The notes below the pieces were generated by a model. It saw only the letters and a program-made list of their open reading frames with translations. It had not been told where the DNA came from and did no database searches. Of a stretch of DNA of 45,982 bases, positions 27,553-36,942 are shown piece by piece. Origin of the DNA: Candidatus Kaiserbacteria bacterium (GTDB lineage: Bacteria > Patescibacteriota > Minisyncoccia > Phycocordibacterales > UBA2100). The translations under genes were made by a program, and so were the position numbers. The DNA is taken from assembly GCA_027066795.1 (NCBI GenBank), contig JAMONA010000013.1, positions 1 to 45,982 of the forward strand. Reading direction: 5' to 3'. Positions within the stretch are counted from its first letter, which is position 1. Each line of letters begins with the position of its first letter.

Positions 27553-27680
27553 CCTTGGAAGACACGCGCCCGTGATGCAAAATGAGGGGAATCTGATTAA
27601 GATACCATAATTTAGGTGCGTGTCTTCCAACCCAAACAACACCCCTTTCTGTACCGACAGAATATGGGTGTTTATTTTTT
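27553..27680 (+). ncRNA. Candidate sRNA (about 125 nt): 16-bp stem, 44-nt loop, terminator
   Basis: TTGACA-N16-TATTAT (27520-27547), stem TTGGAAGACACGCGCC/GGTGCGTGTCTTCCAA, and terminator AACACCC…GGGTGTT followed by a T run. Confidence 0.6.
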
Positions 27681-27700
27681 ACCTGTAACTTTAGTAATCC

Positions 27701-29620
27701 TTAGCGTACCTCGAAACCGTCTTTACTGCTCAACTCTGCCTCTATCTTAGCCATCACCTCTCCTACCTCATCATCTGTAAGCGTCTTCTCCATACTTTGG
27801 AAGACGATGTGAAAGGCTAGTGACACCTTGTCATCTTTGGCAAATTCATCAAATTTATCTATACGTTGTACAAGTTCTCTACCGTGCTTGTTTATAACAC
27901 TTACAATGTCAGACTCATCAACACTCTCTGGTACCCATACTGCGATGTCTCTAACTATAAATGGGTAAGGAGATACTGGTGAGTAGCTTACACCACTACC
28001 TATTACAGTATTATTCTCGTAATCACTAGGGTCACTTAACTCAATTAATAACTCGTCTAAGTCAAACTCTACTATACCATCTACTTTAGTTGGCAACTTA
28101 ATGTCTAAGAGAGCCTCTATACCGCTTACCGCCGCAGTCAACCCTGCTTCTATCCTCTCCTGAGTCTTCTTCTTCCCTTGCACACCTACGCCCATAGCTA
28201 TATGCAAGCTCTCTTTACCGTCTTTGTATACATTACCTATCTCAAACAGTTTTACAAAGTTTTGTAATCCTAACAATGGCATATTTTTAATATTCTTATC
28301 TATAGAGCTACTTATCCCGCCTGATAAGTTAACCCTGTAATGATCCTTGCCCACAGAGAGAGAATTAATGAGTTTAAACTCTCCGCTGGCACACAAAGGG
28401 TACAAGTACACCTCTCTAAAGCCGTTCATTAACAGTATTTCTCTTACCTTGTCTAAGTAGTAAAACTTTTTACTAACAGGCACACTCTCAAGCTGGGGTA
28501 ACGGCACGCCCTCCATATGCTCATAGCCATATACTCTGGCTACTTCCTCTATCACGTCTTCAGGTATATTAATATCCAAACGCTCCCACGGAGCAGTGAC
28601 AACAAACGAATCTGCATCTTGCTCAACCTTAAACTCTAGTTGTGTTAATATCTCAGCTACCTTATTAGCCGGCACCGATATACCAAGTAGTTGCTCTATA
28701 TCTTGTACAGTTACTTTTATTGCACTGTTTTGGCTCTGGTAGTCCCCACTTGTTATAAAGCCTTCAACCTCACCACCAGCAACCTCAAGTATTAGGTCCA
28801 CAACACTCCTCATGCCAACTATTGGTAAGTGGTTTGGTATCTCGTTTTCAAATCTCTGTACAGCATCTGTACGCAATTTTAGTTTAGTCGCTGTCCTTCT
28901 TGTTTTAATAGGGTTAAACTTTGCAGCAGTAACAAGCACGGACGTTGTTTCATTGCTTAATTCTGCTTGTACGCCACCTTTTACACCTGCTACATCTAAG
29001 GCCTCATCATTGTGTGCGTCTGCCAGTACATACATCTCAGTTGTAAGCTCAGCCTCTGTGCCGCCAAGTAATGTAAGTTGCTCGCCATCTTTAGCTGCCC
29101 TTACCTTTATTCCCCTTTTACCATTATCCTCAGTAAGCTTGTCATAGTCAAATACATGCGTTGGTTGCCCTAGGCCAAACATTACATAATTTGTAGCGTC
29201 TACTATATTATTTATAGAACGCTGCCCTATAGCCTCAAGACGAGTCTTTAGCCAGGATGGCGACTCGCCCACCTCAACTCCTTTTATAAGGGCAACTGTG
29301 TGAACTGGGTTTGCTTCGACATCATCCACTGTAAGCACCATCTCTTTAGAGACTGGCTCTAGTTTAATATCCTCCCTCATTGGGTCTGTCGACATCTTAA
29401 TATCAAAAAGAGCAGCTACCTCGTGTGCAACACCTCTGTGTCCGAGGCAGTCATGTGCCCTATTTGGTAATATGTCCAAGTCTATGACAGTGTCATTATC
29501 CACGACCTCTACACCATCAACCTCAAATATCCTGAAAGTAAATTTATCTACTATATCGTCAACAGATGGTATGTCCCCTTCTGCAAAATATGTCTTTAGC
29601 CAATCGTAAGATACCTTCAT
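27701..29620 (-). CDS. pheT: Phenylalanine--tRNA ligase beta subunit (short form)
   Basis: MKVSY.WL, PNR.DCL..RGVA.E, INNIVDATNY, R.DI..PED.IEEVAR.YGY and C-terminal FDX-ACB (RDIA…TLTD.EV). Confidence 0.95.
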   Translation of the reverse strand: MKVSYDWLKTYFAEGDIPSVDDIVDKFTFRIFEVDGVEVVDNDTVIDLDILPNRAHDCLGHRGVAHEVAALFDIKMSTDPMREDIKLEPVSKEMVLTVDDVEANPVHTVALIKGVEVGESPSWLKTRLEAIGQRSINNIVDATNYVMFGLGQPTHVFDYDKLTEDNGKRGIKVRAAKDGEQLTLLGGTEAELTTEMYVLADAHNDEALDVAGVKGGVQAELSNETTSVLVTAAKFNPIKTRRTATKLKLRTDAVQRFENEIPNHLPIVGMRSVVDLILEVAGGEVEGFITSGDYQSQNSAIKVTVQDIEQLLGISVPANKVAEILTQLEFKVEQDADSFVVTAPWERLDINIPEDVIEEVARVYGYEHMEGVPLPQLESVPVSKKFYYLDKVREILLMNGFREVYLYPLCASGEFKLINSLSVGKDHYRVNLSGGISSSIDKNIKNMPLLGLQNFVKLFEIGNVYKDGKESLHIAMGVGVQGKKKTQERIEAGLTAAVSGIEALLDIKLPTKVDGIVEFDLDELLIELSDPSDYENNTVIGSGVSYSPVSPYPFIVRDIAVWVPESVDESDIVSVINKHGRELVQRIDKFDEFAKDDKVSLAFHIVFQSMEKTLTDDEVGEVMAKIEAELSSKDGFEVR

Positions 29621-29621
29621 A

Positions 29622-30368
29622 TTACTTGTCTGCTTTAAATTGATTTATAAACCTTAAGTCACCGTTGTGGAAAAGTCTTATATCGTCTATAGCATGCTTA
29701 AGCATCGCCAAACGCTCTACGCCGAACCCAAAAGCGAACCCCCTGTACTTCTTAGGGTCTAAGCCCGCAGTCTTAAATACATTAGGGTGTAACATACCAG
29801 CACCTCCCAACTCTATCCACTTGCCACGCAGCTTCTCTGGAGCATCCTCACCTGTCAGGCGCATATCTACCTCTATGCCAGGCTCTACAAATGGGAAAAA
29901 GTTAGGCCTAAAGCGTATCTCTGAGCTACCATCAGAACCAAAATACTTAGAGAGCCAAGTGTTAAGAGTCCACTTTAAATTTGCCATTGTTATATCCTCT
30001 CCTGCCACCAGGCAATCTATCTGATGAAATTGTGCCTCATGTGTCATATCAGTAGCCTCATTACGATATGTCCTACCTATAGATATCTCCCTTATAGGCA
30101 ACTCCCCGTTGTCTAAATGTCTGGATGTTACTGATGTGCAATGTGTACGAAGAACTCTCCCATCTGGGAACCAGAACGTATCTTGCATATCTCGTGCTGG
30201 ATGGTCCTTAGGTACATTAAGTGCATCAAAATTATAGTGCTCTGTCTCTATCTCTGGCCCAAAACCTACTGTAAAGCCCATCTCTTTAAATATCTGCACA
30301 AATTCACGTGTAGCACTAGTTATTGGATGTATACCAACCTTTCTATTAAGCTCTTCGTCTTTAGTCAT
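29622..30368 (-). CDS. pheS: Phenylalanine--tRNA ligase alpha subunit (catalytic core only)
   Basis: HP, NFDALN.P.DHPARDMQDTF, YRNE..D.TH, FPFVEP and GFAFGFGVERLAML. Confidence 0.96.
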   Translation of the reverse strand: MTKDEELNRKVGIHPITSATREFVQIFKEMGFTVGFGPEIETEHYNFDALNVPKDHPARDMQDTFWFPDGRVLRTHCTSVTSRHLDNGELPIREISIGRTYRNEATDMTHEAQFHQIDCLVAGEDITMANLKWTLNTWLSKYFGSDGSSEIRFRPNFFPFVEPGIEVDMRLTGEDAPEKLRGKWIELGGAGMLHPNVFKTAGLDPKKYRGFAFGFGVERLAMLKHAIDDIRLFHNGDLRFINQFKADK

Positions 30369-30401
30369 AATGCAGAGTATAACACCCATCTATAGCCTTG
30401 G

Positions 30402-31223
30402 CTATTTGTAATATATTCTGTTACCGAACCTTAAGTCAATATACGACTTAGAAGAATCTTCTGCTCTCTCAAGGACTTGATAATCCTTTGAATTTAGAGT
30501 TGCCTCCAAATAAGAAACTGTACGAGCAAGATGTGTATCTAGCCTTACCTTAAGCATTGGATGTGTAGTACTCTCTATCTCTAGCTCGTCTTCTACTATG
30601 GTTACAGTATTAACTTTTATACCCAATGACTTTAGAGACTCTATAAACTCTTGTACATCTATAAATACTAAAGGCAGCAACGTCTGGCGTAAGGGCGCAC
30701 CAGCCATAGTACTCTTATAAAACACTAACCCATCTGAGTCTTCAAGGACTGTATCTTCTTCAAAAATAAACCCGTCTTTATCTAAAAAATAGCACTTGCT
30801 CCTTTCAAGCCCATCTGTATTACTGCACCATAGTGCAACTTCAGACCTTTCTGTAACATGAATATTTAGTGTATCTATCTTACTTGTAGTTAGTTCTATA
30901 CTATCAAGCCTTGGGTACTTATATGCTAATGCATCCTTTATATCCTCTTCATTGTAAGTTGCGATAGTGCCGCCATAAAGTATATATCCGCGCACTGTAG
31001 CAAGTCCTTGAAGAGCGCTCGCCTCTAGCTGCCCAGTGCTTACTAATACATTTCCTGATACAGCGACTTTATTAATCCCTAGAGAACTATACGTCAGAGC
31101 AAAGCCAAGACCAGCATATCCAAATATTATAAGTACAATGACAACAATAAATCCTATGACCTTCCGTCGGTTGCGTCTATGAGCTAACCTCTCCTTCTTA
31201 GGGACTGGACGACTTGTAGACAT
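30402..31223 (-). CDS. FtsQ/DivIB-like cell division protein
   Basis: Basic N-terminus, one TM, POTRA-like segment and C-terminal YIDLRFGNRIYYK. Confidence 0.75.
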   Translation of the reverse strand: MSTSRPVPKKERLAHRRNRRKVIGFIVVIVLIIFGYAGLGFALTYSSLGINKVAVSGNVLVSTGQLEASALQGLATVRGYILYGGTIATYNEEDIKDALAYKYPRLDSIELTTSKIDTLNIHVTERSEVALWCSNTDGLERSKCYFLDKDGFIFEEDTVLEDSDGLVFYKSTMAGAPLRQTLLPLVFIDVQEFIESLKSLGIKVNTVTIVEDELEIESTTHPMLKVRLDTHLARTVSYLEATLNSKDYQVLERAEDSSKSYIDLRFGNRIYYK

Positions 31224-31224
31224 A

Positions 31225-32361
31225 CTACGTCACTATCTTAATAACGTCATGGTAAGTAATCACCAACATTAGTAAAATTATAGCTGCAAACCCAAGTATG
31301 TTAAGTGCACCCGCTACGCCCGCGTGTATCTTACGACGAGTTATACTCTCTATAGCTACGAACGCAAGTCGCCCACCATCGAGGGCTGGTATGGGTATCA
31401 TGTTTATTATTGCTAAGTTTATAGAAATCATCGCAGTAAAATTAAGTAAGTGCAGTATACCTAATGAAGAAGCATCTCCAACTAACGTAACTATACCTAC
31501 TGGGCCAGCTACCGATTGCCAATTTGCAGTACCAGTAACAGCTGACTTTATAAACTGACCTGTACCGATTGCTATTGCCTTGGTTGCAGCATACGTCTTC
31601 TTTGCCCCAAGTACTATCGCTTGTGGCAAGCTCTGCCCTTGTGCAGATATAAGTACCATCTCTATACCTATAGCTGGAGTACCTTGTTTGCTTGCAATCA
31701 CGCCATGACTTGGGGTTATCTCTACAGAGTCTACCTGGCCCTCTAGTTTCTCGACGCTCATCTGTCTCTTGTAATAAACTTGTACAGGTTCGCCTGCATG
31801 ACTAACCATGAAGGCACTCACTTCAGATGGTAACGGATTATTTATATCATCATCACCTGATGCAAGCGCTGAAATTGTATCTCCAGACTTAAGCCCAGCT
31901 ATGTCTGCAGGAGAATTTGGTAACACATTGCTTATAGCAAGCACGGGGCCACTTCTGCTGACCTCACCACTCTTTATAGTAGCTTCGTCTACAGCAACTG
32001 GTGCTCCCAGCATAAAACTAACAGTAAATAAAAACCAAGCAAACAGAAGGTTAAAGGTAACTCCAGCAACAAATACTACAGCCTGTTTCCACGCAGCTTG
32101 TGATACTAGCGCTCTCCTACGCTCGCTCTCTGGCACATCTTCACCTAAGCCCTCACCAAATATCTTTACAAAACCACCAAATGGTAACCAGTTAAGTGAA
32201 TATACTGTCTCGCCTATCTTGCCTAAAGTTAGGGCTCTTGGCGGGTAACCAATACCAAACTCCTCAACTCTTACACCAAACATCTTAGCTGCTAGGAAGT
32301 GCCCAAGCTCATGCACTACTATAAGTACAATTAATACCCCTAAAAATAATAATATATCCAT
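31225..32361 (-). CDS. rseP: Site-2 intramembrane metalloprotease with PDZ domain
   Basis: HELGH, LPFGGFV, SPA..AGL..GD, GPVGI and NMIPIPALDGG. Confidence 0.92.
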   Translation of the reverse strand: MDILLFLGVLIVLIVVHELGHFLAAKMFGVRVEEFGIGYPPRALTLGKIGETVYSLNWLPFGGFVKIFGEGLGEDVPESERRRALVSQAAWKQAVVFVAGVTFNLLFAWFLFTVSFMLGAPVAVDEATIKSGEVSRSGPVLAISNVLPNSPADIAGLKSGDTISALASGDDDINNPLPSEVSAFMVSHAGEPVQVYYKRQMSVEKLEGQVDSVEITPSHGVIASKQGTPAIGIEMVLISAQGQSLPQAIVLGAKKTYAATKAIAIGTGQFIKSAVTGTANWQSVAGPVGIVTLVGDASSLGILHLLNFTAMISINLAIINMIPIPALDGGRLAFVAIESITRRKIHAGVAGALNILGFAAIILLMLVITYHDVIKIVT

Positions 32362-32381
32362 AATTTATTTTGTTATTTAAA

Positions 32382-32930
32382 CTAACCTTTAATCTCTTCC
32401 TCTTTTTTATTGTATTGCTCCTCTAGTGTCTTGTTTGCGTCTTCTACCATTTTTTGCATTTCCTCTTGTGCATTATGGTTTTCGTCTTTACTTATGTCTC
32501 CGTCTTTCTCTTGTTGCTGTAAGTCCTTCTTCATCTCATCTCTTGCACCACGCACTGCTACTCTTGCATCCTCTAGCTTAGCGCTGGCTATCTTAAGCAA
32601 CTGCTCTCGCCTCTCGCCTGTAAGCTCAGGAAATATCACTCGCACCTCGCTGGCAGTGGCCTGTACGCCTACACCCAGGTCAGCACTATTTATAGCTCTT
32701 TCTATATCTTTTATCTGGCCCATATCAAAGGGGCTTACACGTAATGTACGTGCATCTTCTACACCAATATTTGCCAATTGTTTAAGTGGTGTCTGCATAC
32801 CGTAAGCATCTGCCTTAATATTGTCTAAAAGTGCTGGCACGGCACGCCCTGTACGCACGCCAGCAAGCTCTGCTACCAGCCACTCTTGAGTGGCTACCAA
32901 CTTAGTATTTAATTGTGTAAAGTCTGTCAT
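32382..32930 (-). CDS. frr: Ribosome recycling factor
   Basis: RTGRA…LLD, YG..TPL..LA and PELT.ERR. Confidence 0.95.
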   Translation of the reverse strand: MTDFTQLNTKLVATQEWLVAELAGVRTGRAVPALLDNIKADAYGMQTPLKQLANIGVEDARTLRVSPFDMGQIKDIERAINSADLGVGVQATASEVRVIFPELTGERREQLLKIASAKLEDARVAVRGARDEMKKDLQQQEKDGDISKDENHNAQEEMQKMVEDANKTLEEQYNKKEEEIKG

Positions 32931-32956
32931 TTTAATTTTATTATTTTATTACACTA

Positions 32957-33646
32957 CTATACCACAAGTGCCATGCTCTCCATAAGCATCTTACTCATGG
33001 CACCCTTGTCCCTTATATACTCTTGTGCCTGCAATACTGCACGCACTTGCCCACGCCAAGCAAGCCAAGACTCGTCCGAGGTACTCTTAGGCTTATGGTT
33101 ACTTAAGTGCATCTCTACGCCAGAGAGCAGCTCCAACATCGCAGGCCTATCTTTCTTCTTTGCCAACTTCTCTATAGTCTTAAGCCTCTCTGGGACACTG
33201 GATTTAATAAACTCTTTAGTGCTATCACTTATGGAGCCTGCCTCTGCACTGTCACACCCTAGCTCAACTTTCATACAACGAGACAAGACTGTAGGCAATA
33301 AAACATCTGTGTTAGATGTAAGTATAAAAATATGTGTATCTTTTGCTGGCTCTTCAAGTGATTTCAAAAGTGCGTTCTGTGCCTCTACAGTCGCTTGTGT
33401 AAAAGCCAATATTATAACCTTTAAAGAGCCAGGTATTATAGAAGATGAGCCTGCTCTACTAACTGCACTTCGTGCCATATCAACAGTAAGGACACTGTCA
33501 CTTAGCACAAGCGCATCTGGATTACCTTGCAACTTAATATCTAATACACTCTCAATACTATCTAGCAGATTGTCCAACTGAGTCTGCTCAGCATTAATTA
33601 AATACGCATGGTGCATAGAGGCCTTCTCTAAATTTGCTACTTGCAT
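32957..33646 (-). CDS. holB: DNA polymerase III delta' subunit-like
   Basis: HHAYL, EAQNALLKSLEEP and LLPTVLSRC. Confidence 0.8.
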   Translation of the reverse strand: MQVANLEKASMHHAYLINAEQTQLDNLLDSIESVLDIKLQGNPDALVLSDSVLTVDMARSAVSRAGSSSIIPGSLKVIILAFTQATVEAQNALLKSLEEPAKDTHIFILTSNTDVLLPTVLSRCMKVELGCDSAEAGSISDSTKEFIKSSVPERLKTIEKLAKKKDRPAMLELLSGVEMHLSNHKPKSTSDESWLAWRGQVRAVLQAQEYIRDKGAMSKMLMESMALVV

Positions 33647-34662
33647 TACCGCTTCGCAATTATGGCCTTCTTGTATGTGTCTAGGTGAGTAAGGGCTTCG
33701 CCAGTACCCTTTGCTACACAGTATAAAGCATCATCTGCAAGTACTGCGTTCACACCAGTACGCCTATATACAAGCTCTTGCAGGTTACGTAGCATACTAG
33801 ACCCCCCACTCATTATTATGCCATTATCTATAATGTCAGCGCTTAGCTCTGGTGGAGTCTCTTGTAGTACATCACGGATTGCTTGCACCATCTCTCTCAG
33901 GTCGTGCCTAATTGCTCGCACTATCTCATTTGTCTTAATATCTATAGAGCGAGGCAAGCCAGTTAGGTGGTCACGTCCTTTAATAGTCATCTCTAGCTGC
34001 TCATCGTCCGTCATCTCTATTGCTGAGCCTATACCCATCTTCACTTCCTCTGCCATCTTATCTCCTATCATTAAGTTATACTCTTTTTTTATATAATCGG
34101 CTATAGAGTGGTCTATCTTGTTGCCTGCCACCTTCACACTCTTACTGGCAACTATGCCACCCAGAGAGATAACTGCCACATCCGTAGTACCACCACCTAT
34201 GTCTACTATCATGTGTCCGCAGGGCTCGTGTATAGGTATCCCTGCACCTATAGCTGCAAGTATCGGCTCTTTAACTACTTGTGCTGTCTTGGCCCCAGCC
34301 TTTACGGCAGCCTCTACCACAGCCCTCTTCTCTGCACTAGTTACTCCTGCTGGTACACTTATCATTACGTCTGGTTTAAAGATACTCCACTTACCAAGAG
34401 CCTTACTTATGTAATAGCGGAGCATTGCCTCTGTCACATGATAATCTGCAACTACACCGTCTTTCATAGGTCTATATGCTGTAATACCCTCCGGTGTACG
34501 ACCTATCATGTCTTTAGCATCGTCGCCTACAGCCATTATCTTATTATCACTACTCACAGCCACTACTGAGGGCTCGCGTAGGACCACCCCTTTCTCTGGT
34601 ACGTATACTAATATATAGGTAGTACCTAAGTCTATGCCGAGTCGTGGTGTAAAAAAGCTCAT
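33646..34662 (-). CDS. mreB: Rod shape-determining actin MreB/Mbl
   Basis: GIDLGT, EPSVVA, RP..DGV.AD, VDIGGGTT and TPPEL.ADI. Confidence 0.96.
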   Translation of the reverse strand: MSFFTPRLGIDLGTTYILVYVPEKGVVLREPSVVAVSSDNKIMAVGDDAKDMIGRTPEGITAYRPMKDGVVADYHVTEAMLRYYISKALGKWSIFKPDVMISVPAGVTSAEKRAVVEAAVKAGAKTAQVVKEPILAAIGAGIPIHEPCGHMIVDIGGGTTDVAVISLGGIVASKSVKVAGNKIDHSIADYIKKEYNLMIGDKMAEEVKMGIGSAIEMTDDEQLEMTIKGRDHLTGLPRSIDIKTNEIVRAIRHDLREMVQAIRDVLQETPPELSADIIDNGIIMSGGSSMLRNLQELVYRRTGVNAVLADDALYCVAKGTGEALTHLDTYKKAIIAKR

Positions 34663-34754
34663 AAAATATTAAAATTAATATCATTATTCTACATTGTTTT
34701 ATACACATATCAATAAAGGTTATACTCTGCGACTCTGGTATACTTAATTACACG

Positions 34755-35636
34755 ATGATAAAACGGACACTATACAATGGTATAACTTGGGTAGACTTAG
34801 AGTCTCCGAGTGCTGAAGAGGTAGCCAAGTTAGCTAAAGAGTTTAACCTGCACCCATTGGTCACAAGTGAGTTGCTATCTCCAAGCTTGCGACCTAAGAT
34901 AGACTTACACAAGAATTATTTGTACATAATACTTCACTTTATAGATGACAAGGAAGTAGATTTTATATTAGGCAAAGACTTCATCATAACCACTCGCTAC
35001 GAGGAGGTGGCCCCATTAATTAAATTCTCTAAAGCCCTCTCTATAGGTGACCAGATGTATGAAGATAAATTTGACTCTGGCGTACTTTTTTACTACCTAA
35101 CCAAAAGTCTTTACTGTGAGCTTGAAGACGAGCTCACACGACTAAGGGCCCATATGAAGCAAATAGAAAAGTCTGTATACTCTGGAGATGAGCACAACAT
35201 GGTTATGGCATTAGCCGCTTCAGGTAGAACAATATTAGATGTGCACCAATCACTAGACCCACATAAAGAAGTACTAAGCTCATACCAGCAACACTCTGAA
35301 GAGTTCTTTGGCAAAGATCACGAACGTTACGCCTCTACCCTACTAGCTAACTTTTATAAGGTACACCAACGGATAAAACGTATATCAGCATTACACACTG
35401 AACTACGTGCTACTAACGATTCTCTACTGTCAGCTAAGCAAAACTCAATAATGCAGGTGTTTACAATTGTGGCATTTGTGACTCTTGTACCATCGTTAAT
35501 AGCCTCAGTATTTGGTATGAATGCAATTAACATGCCAATAATCGGTAAATATTACGATTTTTGGCTTATCATATTTATAATGTTCGCAATGTCTGGTGTA
35601 ATATTCTATTTCTTTAAATATAAAAAATTACTCTAA
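34755..35636 (+). CDS. corA: CorA-family Mg/Co transporter
   Basis: WVDL..P, RPK.D, and two C-terminal TMs with the FGMN signature. Confidence 0.88.
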   Translation: MIKRTLYNGITWVDLESPSAEEVAKLAKEFNLHPLVTSELLSPSLRPKIDLHKNYLYIILHFIDDKEVDFILGKDFIITTRYEEVAPLIKFSKALSIGDQMYEDKFDSGVLFYYLTKSLYCELEDELTRLRAHMKQIEKSVYSGDEHNMVMALAASGRTILDVHQSLDPHKEVLSSYQQHSEEFFGKDHERYASTLLANFYKVHQRIKRISALHTELRATNDSLLSAKQNSIMQVFTIVAFVTLVPSLIASVFGMNAINMPIIGKYYDFWLIIFIMFAMSGVIFYFFKYKKLL

Positions 35637-35712
35637 ATTGATGCTAATATTTTGCGATCATTGATAGTGTGGTATTATGTGCGCACTTAAGAAGATTTAA
35701 AATATTTTATAT

Positions 35713-36930
35713 ATGAAGCAAGTAAAACCAGAGATAGAGAGCTTTGCTCGCATAAGAGTTATAGGTGCAGGTGGCTCAGGTGGCAACGCTGTAAATCATA
35801 TGATTGCAAGCAAGGTTAAAGGTGTAGATTTTATTGTTGTAAATACAGATGCACAAGACTTACATCACTCTCCGGCTAAACATAAAATACACATCGGCAA
35901 GGAGCTCACAAGAGGGCTCGGTAGCGGAATGAACAGTGAGGTAGGTAAACATGCCGCAGAAGAGCAGATAGAGGAAATACAAGACGCTCTTAAGGGATCA
36001 GATATGGTTTTCATTACTTGCGGGCTCGGCGGAGGTACCGGTACCGGCTCTGCACCAGTCATAGCCAAGGCAGCCCGTGAGAGCGGTGCACTGACAGTAG
36101 CAATTGTCACCTTACCCTTTAGCTTTGAGGGACAGCGTAGGCGCGAGGTAGCCGACCACGGCCTTGAAGAGCTACGTAAAGTAGTAGACTCAATAGTTAT
36201 AGTAGCTAATGACAAGATACTTGAAACCGTAGAGAAAAATACAGGACTAAAAGAGGCATTCGCAACTTGCGACGATATCCTCAAGCATGCTGTAGAGGGT
36301 ATATCAGACCTTATAACTAAACAAGGTATAATCAATGTAGACTTTGCTGATATACGAACAGTTATGGAGGCTGCAGGCCCTGCACTTATGGGTATAGGTG
36401 AGGCCAGTGGTGAAGGTCGAGCCTCAGAGGCCGCGCGGCTTGCTATCAACTCACCACTACTAGATGTATCTATAGATGGTGCAACAGGCGTACTCTTCTC
36501 TATATCTGGTAAAGAGGACTTAAGCATGCACGAGGTGCAAGAGGCAGCAGACACAGTTACTAAGGCAGCAGACCCTAATGCTAAGATAATCTTTGGTACA
36601 ATACTTGATGACACTCTTAAGAAGGGTGCTATAAGGATAACTGTGATAGCCACAGGTTTCGGCTCAGACAAGGCAACCAGTAAGTCTATCTTTAAGAGTG
36701 TAATGTCTACAGAACCAACTAAAGAAAAGGACGAGACTAAAGAAGATGACAAGCCAAAAGAGATACACAACACAATGCCTGAGGAAAAACCTAAAAAAGC
36801 TATCCGTAATATACAAAGTAGGTCAACCCCACCAAAGCCCAAGACACTGTCTATAAAAAAAGATAATGCACAAGATGATGATGAGTTCAGCATGATACCT
36901 TCGTTTTTAAGGAGGTCTAAGCTAAGATAA
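35713..36930 (+). CDS. ftsZ: Cell division protein FtsZ
   Basis: GGSGGNAVN, NTDAQ, GGGTGTG, PF.FEG, INVDFAD and C-terminal IPSFLR. Confidence 0.98.
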   Translation: MKQVKPEIESFARIRVIGAGGSGGNAVNHMIASKVKGVDFIVVNTDAQDLHHSPAKHKIHIGKELTRGLGSGMNSEVGKHAAEEQIEEIQDALKGSDMVFITCGLGGGTGTGSAPVIAKAARESGALTVAIVTLPFSFEGQRRREVADHGLEELRKVVDSIVIVANDKILETVEKNTGLKEAFATCDDILKHAVEGISDLITKQGIINVDFADIRTVMEAAGPALMGIGEASGEGRASEAARLAINSPLLDVSIDGATGVLFSISGKEDLSMHEVQEAADTVTKAADPNAKIIFGTILDDTLKKGAIRITVIATGFGSDKATSKSIFKSVMSTEPTKEKDETKEDDKPKEIHNTMPEEKPKKAIRNIQSRSTPPKPKTLSIKKDNAQDDDEFSMIPSFLRRSKLR

Positions 36931-36942
36931 CTAAAAGGTAAT

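Noticed and set aside
27420..27680. Cobalamin riboswitch upstream of the B12-dependent nrdJ
   Set aside because: No B12-box. The structured segment is upstream of the nrdJ -10, and its promoter and G.U pair favour the opposite strand.
32913..33581. 222-aa + strand ORF
   Set aside because: Antisense shadow of the holB-like gene.
34663..34754. Replication origin at the gene-strand divergence
   Set aside because: Only 92 bp with one DnaA-box-like nonamer and no dnaA/dnaN nearby.
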